Shown: in pieces, positions 44,150-58,219 of the stretch
Position numbering within the stretch: position 1 is the first letter of the stretch
How the letters are laid out: every line of letters starts with the position of its first letter
Assembly: GCF_009914755.1 (NCBI RefSeq)
Contig: NC_060928.1
Reading direction: 5' to 3' (one strand)
Source: the human T2T-CHM13v2.0 reference genome, Homo sapiens
DNA length: 64,000 nt
The notes under the pieces: generated by a model
Told to the model about the DNA's origin: nothing
Seen by the model: only the letters and a program-made list of their open reading frames with translations
Database searches by the model: none
Made by a program: the position numbers and the translations under genes

Positions 44150-44760
44150 TTTTGTTTTATTTTTTACTTTTATTTGTAAATAATTTCCCGTTTACAGAAA
44201 AGTTGAAAGTATGAATAGTATATGGAATGCCTGTATATCCTTTATCCAGATTCACCTATTGTTAATACTTTATCCTACTTGCTTTTTTGTTTGATCTCTC
44301 TCTCCTTTTTATTATAAATACATATATGTATGTGTGTGCACATATATATGTACATATACACACACACACAGAATTGTTTCTATACCATTTGAAAATAAAT
44401 TGGATGAATCATTATGACCTTCTTCTAAATATCTCTGTTCTTTTTTCCTAAAAATAGGGCTATTCTCTTCTTAACCACAGAATAGTTATCAACTTTAGTA
44501 AATTTAACCCTAATAAAATACTTTTTATCTACCCTGGAATTCATATGCCAATTTTGTCAATTAAAGCAATATCTGTTATGGTATTTTTCCCCCTTCAAGA
44601 ACAGGATCAAGTCTAACCTAAAGTATTGTACTTAGTTGTCATGTCCATTTACTATTTTAATGTAGAACAGTCCTGAAGCCTGTCTGTGACTTTTATGATG
44701 TTGACATTTTTAAAATAACATAGTCCCCCTTTTAAAAAAAAAAAAAATAGAACAATTCTT
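44150..44760 (-). mobile_element. L1MC-type 3' end
   Basis: aatttcccgtttacagaaaagttg...ccagattcacctattgttaa...ttagttgtcatgtc. Confidence 0.75.
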
Positions 44761-46616
44761 CAGAAAGGCCCTGGGGAAGAGGAAAAGCTTTTCTAGCAAT
44801 TGATGTCAGCAACCCACCAAGGAACCAGTGGAAGAAATCTAAGATGGCTGACTAAATGCGGCTAATACACAGCTCTTCTGTGGAGAGGAAAAAAAATGGC
44901 AAGTAGATATTCACACTTCAAATAGATCATCTAAGAGAAAACACTAGAATTCAACAGGAAAGTGGTAGGAAGCATCAAAAGCAAAGAAGGAGAGGGAGGC
45001 AGGGCAACCTACTGGGTCAAGATCAGCTGGAAGCTGAGAAAACCTCCCTTAAATAGGGAAAGGGTAAGTGAATGACCCCCAGGGCTCCACATTCCCACCA
45101 TGGACTTCTACATTCCTAGCCACAGGAAAGCACCTTGACCTTCTTGGGCTTCAGACTAACATACAGAGCTACTTAGAGATTGTGTAGAGGCACTACTTTA
45201 GAAAGAACACTCACACTGAGTCCCACAGGCTTCTGAGCCCCAAGCAACTGCCACATGGCACCATTCTGAGCACTCAGCCCCCAGAAGACTGTCAAAGAAG
45301 AGAGGAGGATGGCACTTTTACACACACCAACGACAAATCTTACTTCCTCCTCTGCCACAGTCTGTTGTTGGACCAAAAGGTGAGAGAACTGCACATCCCA
45401 TAGCTGCCTTCCTAAACTGCTCTCACTGAGAGTGGCCCCATCCTCCTCAGAGACAGGCCCACAGCACAGCCACCACTGCCCCTACCTGAGCATTCTGCCA
45501 ACAGCCTGGGGACCACCTGCCTTTGCCTATTATAACCAGTGATGGAACACACTACCAGAGAGCCTGAAGTCCACTATCCTGGTCCTGTCCTCCAGTTCTC
45601 AAGCATGCTGTCCAAGGGCCTGGAGGTTGCCCTGCCCAGCCACTGTTGGCAGCTGAACACTGTTGGCAGCTGAATACTTCTCAAGTGCCATTCAAAACTT
45701 CATGTATCAGTAATAACTTTAAATGTAAATGGATTAAATTATCCACTTAATATGTATAAAGTGGCTGAATGGATAAAGAAAAAATATCCAATTATATGCT
45801 GCCTACAAGAAATATACTTTATCTGCCAAGACACATATAAACTTAAAGTAAAGAAATGGAAAAAAATATTACACAAAATGAAAACCAAAAGCAAGCAGGA
45901 GTAGCTATACTTATATCAGATAAAACAAACTTTGAGTCAAAAACAGTAAACAAACAAACAAAACCAAAGAAAGTCACTATACAGTGATAAAGGGAGCAAT
46001 CCAGCAAAATGAAATAACAATTCTGAAAACATATGCACTCAGCACTGGAGCACCCAGATTTGAAAAGCAAATATTACTAGATCTAAAGAGAGAAAAACAT
46101 TCCAATAAAACAATAGTGGGGGAGTTCAACACCCTACTCTCAGCATGAGATAGATCATCTAGATGGAAAAATCAACAAAGAAGCAGTGGATTTAATCTGC
46201 GCTTTAAACCAAATGGACCTAACAGATATTTACAGAACATTTTATCCAACAACTACAGAATATACATTCTTCTCATCAGCACATGGAATGTTTTTCAGGA
46301 TAGCCCATATATTAGGCCACAAAACAAGTCTCAACTTTTTTTAAAATCAAAATTATATCAACTGTCTTCTCAGACTACAGTGGAATAAGACTAGAAATCA
46401 ATACCAACAAGAATTTTGGAAACTATAAAAATACATGGAAATTAAACAACACAGTCCTGAACAACCATTGACTCAACAAAAAAGTAAGATGGAAATAAAA
46501 AATATTCTTGAAACAAATGAAAATAGAAACACAGCATATCAAAATCTATGGGATACAGCAAAAGCAATGCTAAGTGGAAAGTTTATAGCAATAAACACCT
46601 AAATCAAAAAAATGGA

Positions 46617-46902
46617 GGCTGGGCTCAGTGGCTCATGTCTGTAATCCCAGCACTTTGGGAGGCTGAGATGGGCAGATTGCTTGAGCCTAGGAGTCTGAGA
46701 TCAGCATGGGCAACATGGCGAAACCATGTCTCTACAAAACATACAAAAAATTAGCTTGGTGTGGTGGTGCACACTTGAGTACCAGCTACCCAAGAGACTG
46801 AGGTGGGAGGATTGCTTGAGCCAAGGAGAGAGAGGTTGCAGTGACCTGAGATCATGCCACTCTACTGCACTTCAGCCTGCACAAGAGAGTGAGACCCTGT
46901 CT

Positions 46903-46933
<31 letters not shown>
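46617..46933 (+). mobile_element. AluJ inside L1
   Basis: gaggattgcttgagcc; long A tail. Confidence 0.93.
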
Positions 46934-46937
<4 letters not shown>

Positions 46938-47232
46938 GGATCAGGTGCAGTGGCTCATGCCTGTAATCCCAGCACTTTGGAAGGCTGAGGTGGGTGGATC
47001 ACCTAAGCTCAGGAGTTCGAGACCCGGGCAATGTAGTGAAACCCCGTCTCTACCAAAATATACAAAAATTAGCCAGGCATGGTGGCACACACCTGTAGTC
47101 TCAGCTACTCTGGAGGCTGAGGTGGGAGGATCGCTTGATCTGGGAGACAGAGGTTGCAGTGAGCCAAGGTTGCACCACTGCACTCCAGCCTGTGTGACAG
47201 AGTGAGACCCCATCTCAAAGAAAAAAAAAAAG
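46938..47232 (+). mobile_element. AluJ/Sz-like inside L1
   Basis: Full Alu in tandem with the previous one. Confidence 0.93.
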
Positions 47233-47372
47233 AGAAGGATTTCAAATAAAAACCTAAGGAGACATCTCAAGGAACTAGAAAAGTGAGAATATATGAAACT
47301 CAAAATTAGTGAAAGAGTAATAAAGATCAGGGCAGAACTAAATAAAACAGAGTCTAAATGAAAAAAATACAA

Positions 47373-47674
47373 GGCCGGGCATGGTGGCTCACGCCTGTAA
47401 TCCCAGCACTTTGGACGGCTGAGGCAGGCAGATCATGAGGTCAGGAGATTGAGACCATCCTGCCTAACATGGTGAAACCCCATCTCTGCTAAAAAAAACT
47501 TAGCCGGGCGTGGTGGCGGGTGCCTGTAGTCCCAGCTACTCAGGAGGCTGAGGCAGGAGAATGGCGTGAACCTGGAGGCAGAGCTTGCAGTGAGCCAAGA
47601 TCGCGCCACTGCACTCCAGCCTGGGCAACAGAGCAAGACTCTGTCTCAAAAAAAAATAAATAAATAAATAAATA
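47373..47674 (+). mobile_element. AluY-like inside L1
   Basis: aatggcgtgaacc and gagcttgcag. Confidence 0.95.
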
Positions 47675-48016
<342 letters not shown>

Positions 48017-48788
48017 TTAAAAAAGATAAAATTGATAAACCGCTAGCTGAAGACCCAAATAAAATTAGAAATGAAAAAGAAGACATTACAACTATACAAC
48101 TGATACCATAGAAATACAAAAGATCATCAGAGACTTTTATAAACAACCATACATTAACACACTGGAAAGCCTAGAGGAAATGGATGTATGTTCCTAGAGG
48201 AAATGGATGTTTCTGAAAACATACACCCGACCAAGATTGAATCAGGAGGAAATCAGAAACTTGAATAGACCAATTATGAATAGCAAAGTTGAATCAGTTA
48301 TAAAAAATTTCCCAATAAAGAAAAGCTCAGGACTGGATGGATTCATAGCCAATTCATATCAAATGTATAAAGAAGAACTAATACCAATCCTCCTGAAACT
48401 ATTCCAAAAAATTAAAGACAAAGGAACTCCTCCTAACTCATTCTGTGGGGTCAGTGTTACCCTGATACCAAAACTAGACAGCACAACAGAAAAAAGAAAA
48501 CTACCGGCCAATATCCCTGATTAACATAGACACAAAAATTCTCAACAAAATACTAGCAAACAGACTCTGACAACAGATCAAAAGGTAATGCAACATGATT
48601 AAGTGGGAATTATACCAGAGACACAAGGATGGTTCAACATATGCAAATTAATAAACAACACACATCACATCAAAAGAATGAAGGACAAAAACCATATGAT
48701 TATCTCAATAGATGCAGAAAAGGCATTTGATAAAATTCAACATCCCTTCATAATAAAACTCAACTAGGCATAGAAAGAACATGCCTCA

Positions 48789-49409
<621 letters not shown>

Positions 49410-49832
49410 TCAATAAAATTGCAGGATACAAAAATCAATATACAAAAGTCAGTAGCATTTCTGTACACCAATAATGAACAACGGGAGAAGGAAATCAAGA
49501 AAGCAATCTCATTTACAATAGCTACAAAAAAAAATGCCTAGGAATAAATTTAACCAAGGTGAAAGATCTCTACAAGGAAAACTACAAAACACTGATGAAA
49601 GAACTTGAAGAGGACACAAACAAATAAAAAGTCATCCCATGCTCATGAATCAGAATAACTAATATCATTAAAACAACCATACTGCCCAAAGCAAACTACA
49701 GATTCAATGAAATCTCTACCAAAATACAAATGTTGTTTTTCACAGAATTAGAAAAAACAATCTTAAAATATTCATGGAACCAATAAAGCGTCAGAATAGC
49801 CAAAGTAACCCTGAACAAAAAGAACAAAGCTG

Positions 49833-50451
<619 letters not shown>

Positions 50452-50580
50452 TTATCCAAGGAAAAGAAGTCTGTACGTCAAAGGAATACCTGCACTGTCA
50501 TGTTCATCATGGCACTATTCACAATAGCAAAGATATGGAATCAACCTAATTGTCCATCAATAGATGAATTGATAAAATGT

Positions 50581-50934
50581 ACTCTGTAAAAACGCACCAA
50601 TCAGCGCTCTGTGTCTAGCTAAAGGTTTGTAAATGCACCAATCAGCACTCTGTAAAAACGCACCAATCAGTGCTCTGTGTCTAGCTAAAGGTTTGTAAAC
50701 GCACCAATCAGCACTCTGTGAAAACGGACCAGTCAGCACTCTGTAAAATGGACCAATCAACACTCTGTGAAATGGACCAATCAGCAGGACATGGGTGGGG
50801 CCAAATAAGGGAATAAAAGCTGGCCACCGGAGCCAGCAGGGGCAACCCGCTAGGTCCCCTTCCATGCCATGGAAAGCTTTGTTCTTTTGCTTTTCACAGT
50901 AAATCTTGCTGCTGCTGAAAAAAAAAAAAAAAAA
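50581..50934 (+). mobile_element. LTR12F (ERV9) U3-R fragment with poly(A) tail, a processed retrocopy
   Basis: Tandem gcaccaatcagcactctgt repeats, then gggtggggccaaataagggaataaaagctggcc, then AGTAAAtcttgctgctgctg and A17; aaaatgt on both sides. Confidence 0.9.
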
Positions 50935-51305
50935 GGAAAGGAAGAAAATGTGCTATATATACACAATGGGATACAATTAAGCTATAAAAAAGAATTAAAT
51001 CATGTTATTTGCAACAGCATGGCTGGTACTAGAGGTCATTATGTTGAGTGAGATAAGCCAGGCCCAGAAAGACAGATACTGCATTTTCTCACTCATATGT
51101 GAAAGCTGAAAAAAAAGATCTCATGGACATAAAGAACAGAATAGATACAGCAGCTGGGAAGGGTGTATGGGTGGGAAGGGGGGATAGAGAGAGGTTGATG
51201 GGCAAAAACATAATGGCTGATTAGAAGAAATAACCCCCAATGTTCAGTGGCAGAGCAGGATGACTACAGTTACCAACAATGTATTGTATATTTCAAAGTA
51301 GCTAG

Positions 51306-51623
<318 letters not shown>

Positions 51624-51663
51624 GAGAACTTAAAATCTTACCAACGCATAGAAATGATACTCT

Positions 51664-51958
<295 letters not shown>

Positions 51959-52057
51959 CTATCCTAAATACCTTGACTTGATCATTACACATCCTATGCA
52001 AATACTCACATGTACCCTACAAATATGTAAAATATTTTGTATCAATGAATAATAATA

Positions 52058-52370
52058 GGCCAGACGTGGTGGCTCACACCAGTAATCCCAGCTCTTTGGG
52101 AGGCCAAAGCGGAAGGATCACTTGAGGTCAGGAGTTCAAGACCAGCCTAGGCAACATAGTGAGACCTGGTCTCTAAAAAAATTTAAAAATTAGCTGAAGG
52201 TGATGGCTGACACCTGTATTCTCAGCTACTCAGGAGGCTAAGGGAGGAGGTTCACTCAGGCCTAGGATTTCAAGGTTGCACTGAGCTATGATAGCCCCAC
52301 TATACTCCAGCCTGGGTGACAAAGCAACATCCTGTCTCTAAATAAATACATAAATAAAAATTTAAAAATA
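52058..52370 (+). mobile_element. AluJo-like in the L1 poly(A) tail
   Basis: gcaacatagtgagacc and tgagctatgatag. Confidence 0.92.
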
Positions 52371-52691
52371 TATAATAATAGAATAGTTCTCATTTTAGTG
52401 CAGAGGTTTTTATGCAGGGGACGGCATACTCAGATCTGGGTTTTAGAAAAAGTCATTCTACAGGCAATGTTAAGGATGGACCTGAAAACAAGAGACTGTT
52501 GCCATGGCAATGAGATAGGAAGCTCTTGTTGGCCAATATTCCCTTCTGGACAGGCATAGGTATAGAGCCGGCCTTGGCCAGGATCTCTGTAAGCTGGGGC
52601 AGGTATGTGAATGAAGGGAAAGGAAACCAAAGTCTGAGTTCTGGATAAGGTTGCTGGAGGAAGAAAAGAACAATCTAAAATGCCAAGTCCA

Positions 52692-53020
52692 GGCCAGGCA
52701 TGGTGACTCACTCCTGTAATCTCAGCACTTTGGGAGGCCGAGGTGGGAGGATCACCTGAGGTGAGGAGTTTGAGACTAGCCTGGCCAACATGGTGAAACC
52801 TCGTCTCTACTAAAAATACAAAAAGATTAGCTGGGCCTGGTAGCGGGTGCCTGTAATCACAGCTACTCAGGAGGCTGAGGCAGGGGAATTGCTTGAACTC
52901 AGGAGATAGAGGCTTCAGTGAACCGAGATCACGCCATTGCACTCCAGCCAGGGCAACAAGAGCGAAACTCCGTCTCAAAAAATAAAATAAAATAAAATAA
53001 AATAAAATAAAATAAAATAA
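52692..53020 (+). mobile_element. AluSq/Sx-like, (AAAAT)n tail
   Basis: TSD aaaatgccaagtc. Confidence 0.95.
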
Positions 53021-53481
53021 AATGCCAAGTCGACGGGGGTTGGTAGAGAAGCAAGATCCAGATCTAAAACAGCAGGCTTGGATTTGGAATTATAGCAGAA
53101 GATAGATCAGGTAACCCAAAGATGCTTCTGAAAAAATAGCATCAAATGCATAGCTGAGTTTACAAATAAAGTAAATCCCCAGGAACTTAAAATTAAGAGA
53201 GAAGAAAAACTAAAAAGTTAGATATAAACTATATATTTACAAACATGATGGGTTTCCTGGTCTTAATATGATGTATGAAAACTCACATGGATTAATTAAA
53301 TTAGGCCTTGGGTTTTAGTGAAGCAGAGAATTGGAGCTGGGGCCCATGCGTAGCACCAGAATCATTAATGACTTCAACCTTCATAAAAGAAAAAAAATCA
53401 ATTATAGGCACTAGGAGATAATAAGGTAACTTGCCTGTCTTGGCCTGGGGTTTGGATGGAGTGGAGGAAAGCCTCATGTAG

Positions 53482-54042
53482 TATATTAGGAGTCTCCAGA
53501 GGGACAGAAAATAGGACATATATATATATATATATCCTATGAGCTTATTAAGGAGAACTGGCTCCCACGATTACAAAGCAAAGTCCCATGATAGACAGTC
53601 TGCAAGCTGGGGAAAGAAAGACAAGCCAGGAGCATGGTTCAGTACAAGTTGGAAAGCCTTAAAATCAGCGAAGCCAACAGTGCAGCCCTCAGTCTGAGGC
53701 CAAACGCCCGCGAACCCCTGGGAGACCACTGAAGCAAGGCCCAGAGTCCAAAGGCCAAAGAGCCTGGAGTCTGATGCCCAAGGGCAGGAGGAGAGGAAGC
53801 AAGCATCTAGCATGGGAAAAAAGAGCAAGAAGACTCAGCAAGCTGCTTATCCCCCTTCCACCTGCTTTGTTCTAGCAGTGCTGGCAGCTGATTGCACGGT
53901 GCCCACCTACATCAAGGGTGGGTCTTCCTCTCCCAGTCAAATGTCAATGTCCGCTGGCAACACCCTCACAGACACACCCAGAAACAGTACTTCACTAGCC
54001 ATCTAGGCATCCCTCAAATCCAGTCAAGTTGACACCATCACA
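53482..54042 (-). mobile_element. MLT2B-type solo LTR (ERVL)
   Basis: ctccagagggacagaa...(TA)n...ccagtcaagttgacaccatcaca; 5-bp TSD tgtag at 53477-53481 and 54043-54047. Confidence 0.9.
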
Positions 54043-54539
54043 TGTAGGTTTGGACTTGAATTTATACCTCTGAATGGTCTAAGAATCACCCTAGAAATCA
54101 ACATCAAAGGAAGTCAGTGACAACATAGGTTTGCCTGGTGGACGTGAATGAAAAACTGTTTTGGTGGGACATACCTTCATAATAATCCATATGAGATTTC
54201 TACAAATAAAGCCTGGCTGTGAATTAACTCAAACGGAAACTATAAAACACATGTGGGGAATGAGGAAATCTGCCATAAGCAAGAATCCACAAAGACAACA
54301 AAGAGCATAATTCATTCTCAATAACTTTAGATAATCTAACTACTAAGGTCTATAAAGCAAGCATTTAAAACTGATTAAAAACATAAAAAGAAGTAATCTA
54401 AATCATAAGAAAAGAATAGGATTCTTTGGGAAAATAGAAAAATTTGAAATAAGATATGAACAATATAGAACTTCTAGAGATACAAAATATAGTTGTTTAA
54501 TTTGAAAACTCAGTTAAATAGAGAATTATTTATAGTTAA

Positions 54540-54840
54540 GGCCGGGCACAGTGGGTCATGCCTGTAATCTCAGCACTTTGGGAGGCTGAGGCGGGCAGAT
54601 CACTTGAGGTCAGGAGTTTGAGACCACCCTGGCCAATATGGTGAAACCCCATCTTTACTAAAAATACAAAAATTAGTTGGGCTTGGTGTCCCCCGCCTGT
54701 CATCACAGCTACTCGGGAAAATGAAGTTGGAGAATCCCTTGAACATGATAGGTGCAGGTTTTGGCGAGCCAAGATCACACCACTGCACTCCAGCCTGGGC
54801 AACTGTGTGAGACCCTATCTCAAAAAAAAAAAAAAAAAAA
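54540..54840 (+). mobile_element. AluS with a hyper-diverged right monomer
   Basis: Left arm near consensus; TSD tta(t/c)agttaa. Confidence 0.92.
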
Positions 54841-54866
54841 TTACAGTTAAAAAGAGAATTAGTAAG

Positions 54867-55335
<469 letters not shown>

Positions 55336-55336
55336 G

Positions 55337-55640
55337 CACTGGGCATTGTGGCTCACACCTATAATCCCAGCACTTTGGAAGAGCAAGGCAGGCAGATCAC
55401 TTGAGCTCAGGAGTTTGAGACCAGCCTGGGTAACATGGTGAAAACTCGTCTCTACAAAAAATACAAAAATTATCCAGTCATGGTGGCATGTTCCTGTAAT
55501 CCCAGCTACTCAGGAGGCTGAGACGTTAAAATCACTTGAGCCCAGGAGGCAGAGGTTGCAGTGAACCATCATTGCACCACTGCACTCCAGCCTGGGCGAC
55601 AGTGTGAGACCCTGTCAAAAAAACAAAAATAAAAAATAAA
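55337..55640 (+). mobile_element. AluJ/Sz-like
   Basis: Full Alu in the L1MA tail. Confidence 0.92.
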
Positions 55641-56110
55641 TAAAATAAAGCTTTTAAAAGAAGAGAATTAGTAAATTGGAAGATAGAGAAAAGATGCCTA
55701 AAAGGTTAAGAGATCTGAAAGAATAAAAAGATCTAATTGAAATTCTGGAAAAAGAGTAGAGATAATCGGGGAGACACAATACTCAAAGAAATAATGACTG
55801 AGAATTCTTTACAATAGACATAAATTCTCAGATTCTGAAACCACAAAGGGACCCAAATGAAAATAAATATACATTTAGACACATTGTGGAGGAATTTTAA
55901 GAAAAGAAAAAAAAATCAAAGGAAAGAAATGATATTAAAAGTAGAGAGAAAATATATTATCTTTAAATGTTCATTACACTTATGACAATAGAAGCCAAAA
56001 GACAATTAAACAATATCTTTTAAATGCTAAGAGAAAATAACTATTAAGCTATAAATCCATATCCTGATAATCATTAAACAGCAAGAGCGAAAATAATTGC
56101 TAAATATCTG

Positions 56111-56829
56111 TGCTATGGTTTAAATGGTTTTGTCCTCTCCAAATTTCATGTTGAACTTAATCCCCAATGCAACAGTGTTGGAAGGTGTGGCCTTTTAGGA
56201 GGTGTTTAGAGCATAAGAGCTTTGTCCTCATTAATAAATTAATGCTGCTATAAAAAGGGCTGTGGCCAGGCACTGTGGCTCCCGCCTGTAATCCCAGCAC
56301 TTTGGGAGGCCAAGGTTGGCAGATCACCTGAGGTCAGGAGTTTGAGATCAGCCTGGCCAGCATAGCGAAACCCCATCTCTACTAAAAATACAAAAAATTA
56401 GCCAGGTGTGGTGGCGCGTGCCTGTAATCTCAGCTACTCCGGAGGCTGAGGGAGGAGAATCGCTTGAACCGGGCGGCAGAGGTTGCAGTGAGCCAAGATC
56501 GCACCATTGCACTCCAGCCTGGGGGACGAGCGAGACTATGTCTCAAAAAAAAGAAACAAACAAACAAACAAACAAACAGAAAAAGGGCTTGTGGCACTGG
56601 GTTTGCTCTCTGCTGCTCCTCTGCCATGTGAGGACACAGTGTTCCTCCCAACTGGAGGATGCAGCATTCAAGGACCATCTTGGAAACAGAGAGATCAGAC
56701 CCTAACCGTCTGGCATCTTAATCTTAAATGTCCCAGCCTCCAGAACTGTGAGAAATAAAATTTTGTTCTTTATGAATTATCCAGTCTCAGGTATTCTGTT
56801 ATCACAACATAAATGAACAAATGAAAACA
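56111..56829 (+). mobile_element. MSTD-like MaLR LTR, split by an Alu
   Basis: tgctatggtttaaatg...cttaatccccaatgcaacagtgttgg...cagcctccagaactgtgagaaataaa...ctcaggtattctgttat. Confidence 0.88.
56264..56580 (+). mobile_element. AluSx-like inside the MST LTR
   Basis: TSD aaaaagggct. Confidence 0.95.
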
Positions 56830-57312
56830 GTGTGACTGAGTAAATATATTACTGAAAAACTCATTAAATTACAATGTCTAATTTGGGATTAATAGAGAGA
56901 AAGAACTAAAATTACATGTTAAACTGAAAGAGATGATCAAAGTCAAAGAAACCTGAGGTTCTGAGGTTTATAAAGTAGGTAGAGAAATTGATTATCTTTC
57001 ATTTAAGTATATATATTAAAAAATTTAAGGATAAACATTAAGAGAATAGTTATAGGGCATATACTATCCAAAAGATTAGGGTGGAGAGAATAGGAAAATA
57101 ATGTGGTTGATCCAAAGGAAAGCTAGAAAAAAAATTTTTTTAAACATAGAGAAAATAAGCAAAGAAAGAACCCAAAACAAGACAAGAGAAATAACTCTAT
57201 CAGAAATCATAATACATGTAAAAGGACTAAATTCCCCAGTTAAAAGAGAGAGATTCTCAATTGGATTAAGAAAAAAGGTATCAGCTTTACACTCTTTAAG
57301 AGGTATACCTGT

Positions 57313-57620
57313 CGCCGGGCACGGTGGCTCACGCCTGTAATCCCAGCACTTTGGGAGGCCGAGACGGTCGGATCACAAGGTCAGGAGATCAAGACCATCC
57401 TGGCTAACACGGTGAAACCCTGTCTGTACTAAAAATACAAAAAATTAGCCAGGCGTGGTGGCGGGTGCCTGTAATCTCAGCTACTCAGGAGGCTGAGGCA
57501 GGAGAATGGCGTGTACCTGGGAGGCAGAGCTTGCAGTGAGCTGAGATCGTGCCACTGCACTCCTGCATTCCAGCCTGGGTGACAGAGCCAGACTCCACTC
57601 AAAATAAAAAAAAAAAAAAA
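57313..57620 (+). mobile_element. AluY-like
   Basis: ctggctaacacggtg and aatggcgtg; TSD aagaggtata. Confidence 0.95.
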
Positions 57621-58219
57621 GAGGTATATCTAAAATTTAAGAGCTTAGACAATTTGAAGTAAAAAAAAAAAAAAAGGAACATGAAAAAACAGGCAAATTC
57701 TAACCAGAAGAAAGCTGACTTCTCTAAATTAATATCAAACAAATGTTATTTAAGGAAGGAAATACCATTAGGGATTAAATAATAAAAGGAGCAATTCCCA
57801 GGATGATATAACAAGTTCAAATTTAAATGGGGCTCATAACATAGCTTTAAATTATATAAAGCAAAAATGTACAGAGTTGTACTGTGGGCGAAAGTACAAA
57901 AACAAGTAATAAACAAGTTGAATTTGAGATGGGTACCTGTGAAACTTCCAGTTAGAGATGTTAAAGATGTTGGACATAATTGATCTGCATCTCCAGAGAG
58001 TGGTCAAAGTGAGAGTTAAAAATGTACAGGTAGTAGAATGTATTACTCCAAATTTAAAAGAGTCTGAGCTTCTCAAGGAGAATTATGTATTCAAGTTTCA
58101 AGTCCCTCATGACTATCACAGACCCTTATAAAAGTAGTGCTCAATAAAGGTTAAATTGAACATATCCTCATAGATACTGATTTTATTTAGGATGTACACA
58201 CTTTCAGCACTTGAGATTA

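Noticed and set aside
48170-48210. 18-bp duplication cctagaggaaatggatgt in L1
   Set aside because: An ordinary neutral slippage event in a dead element.
50581-50790. Tandem gcaccaatcagc repeats as a CRISPR-like array or novel repeat
   Set aside because: The spacers are themselves repeated, and this is the known U3 repeat structure of LTR12.
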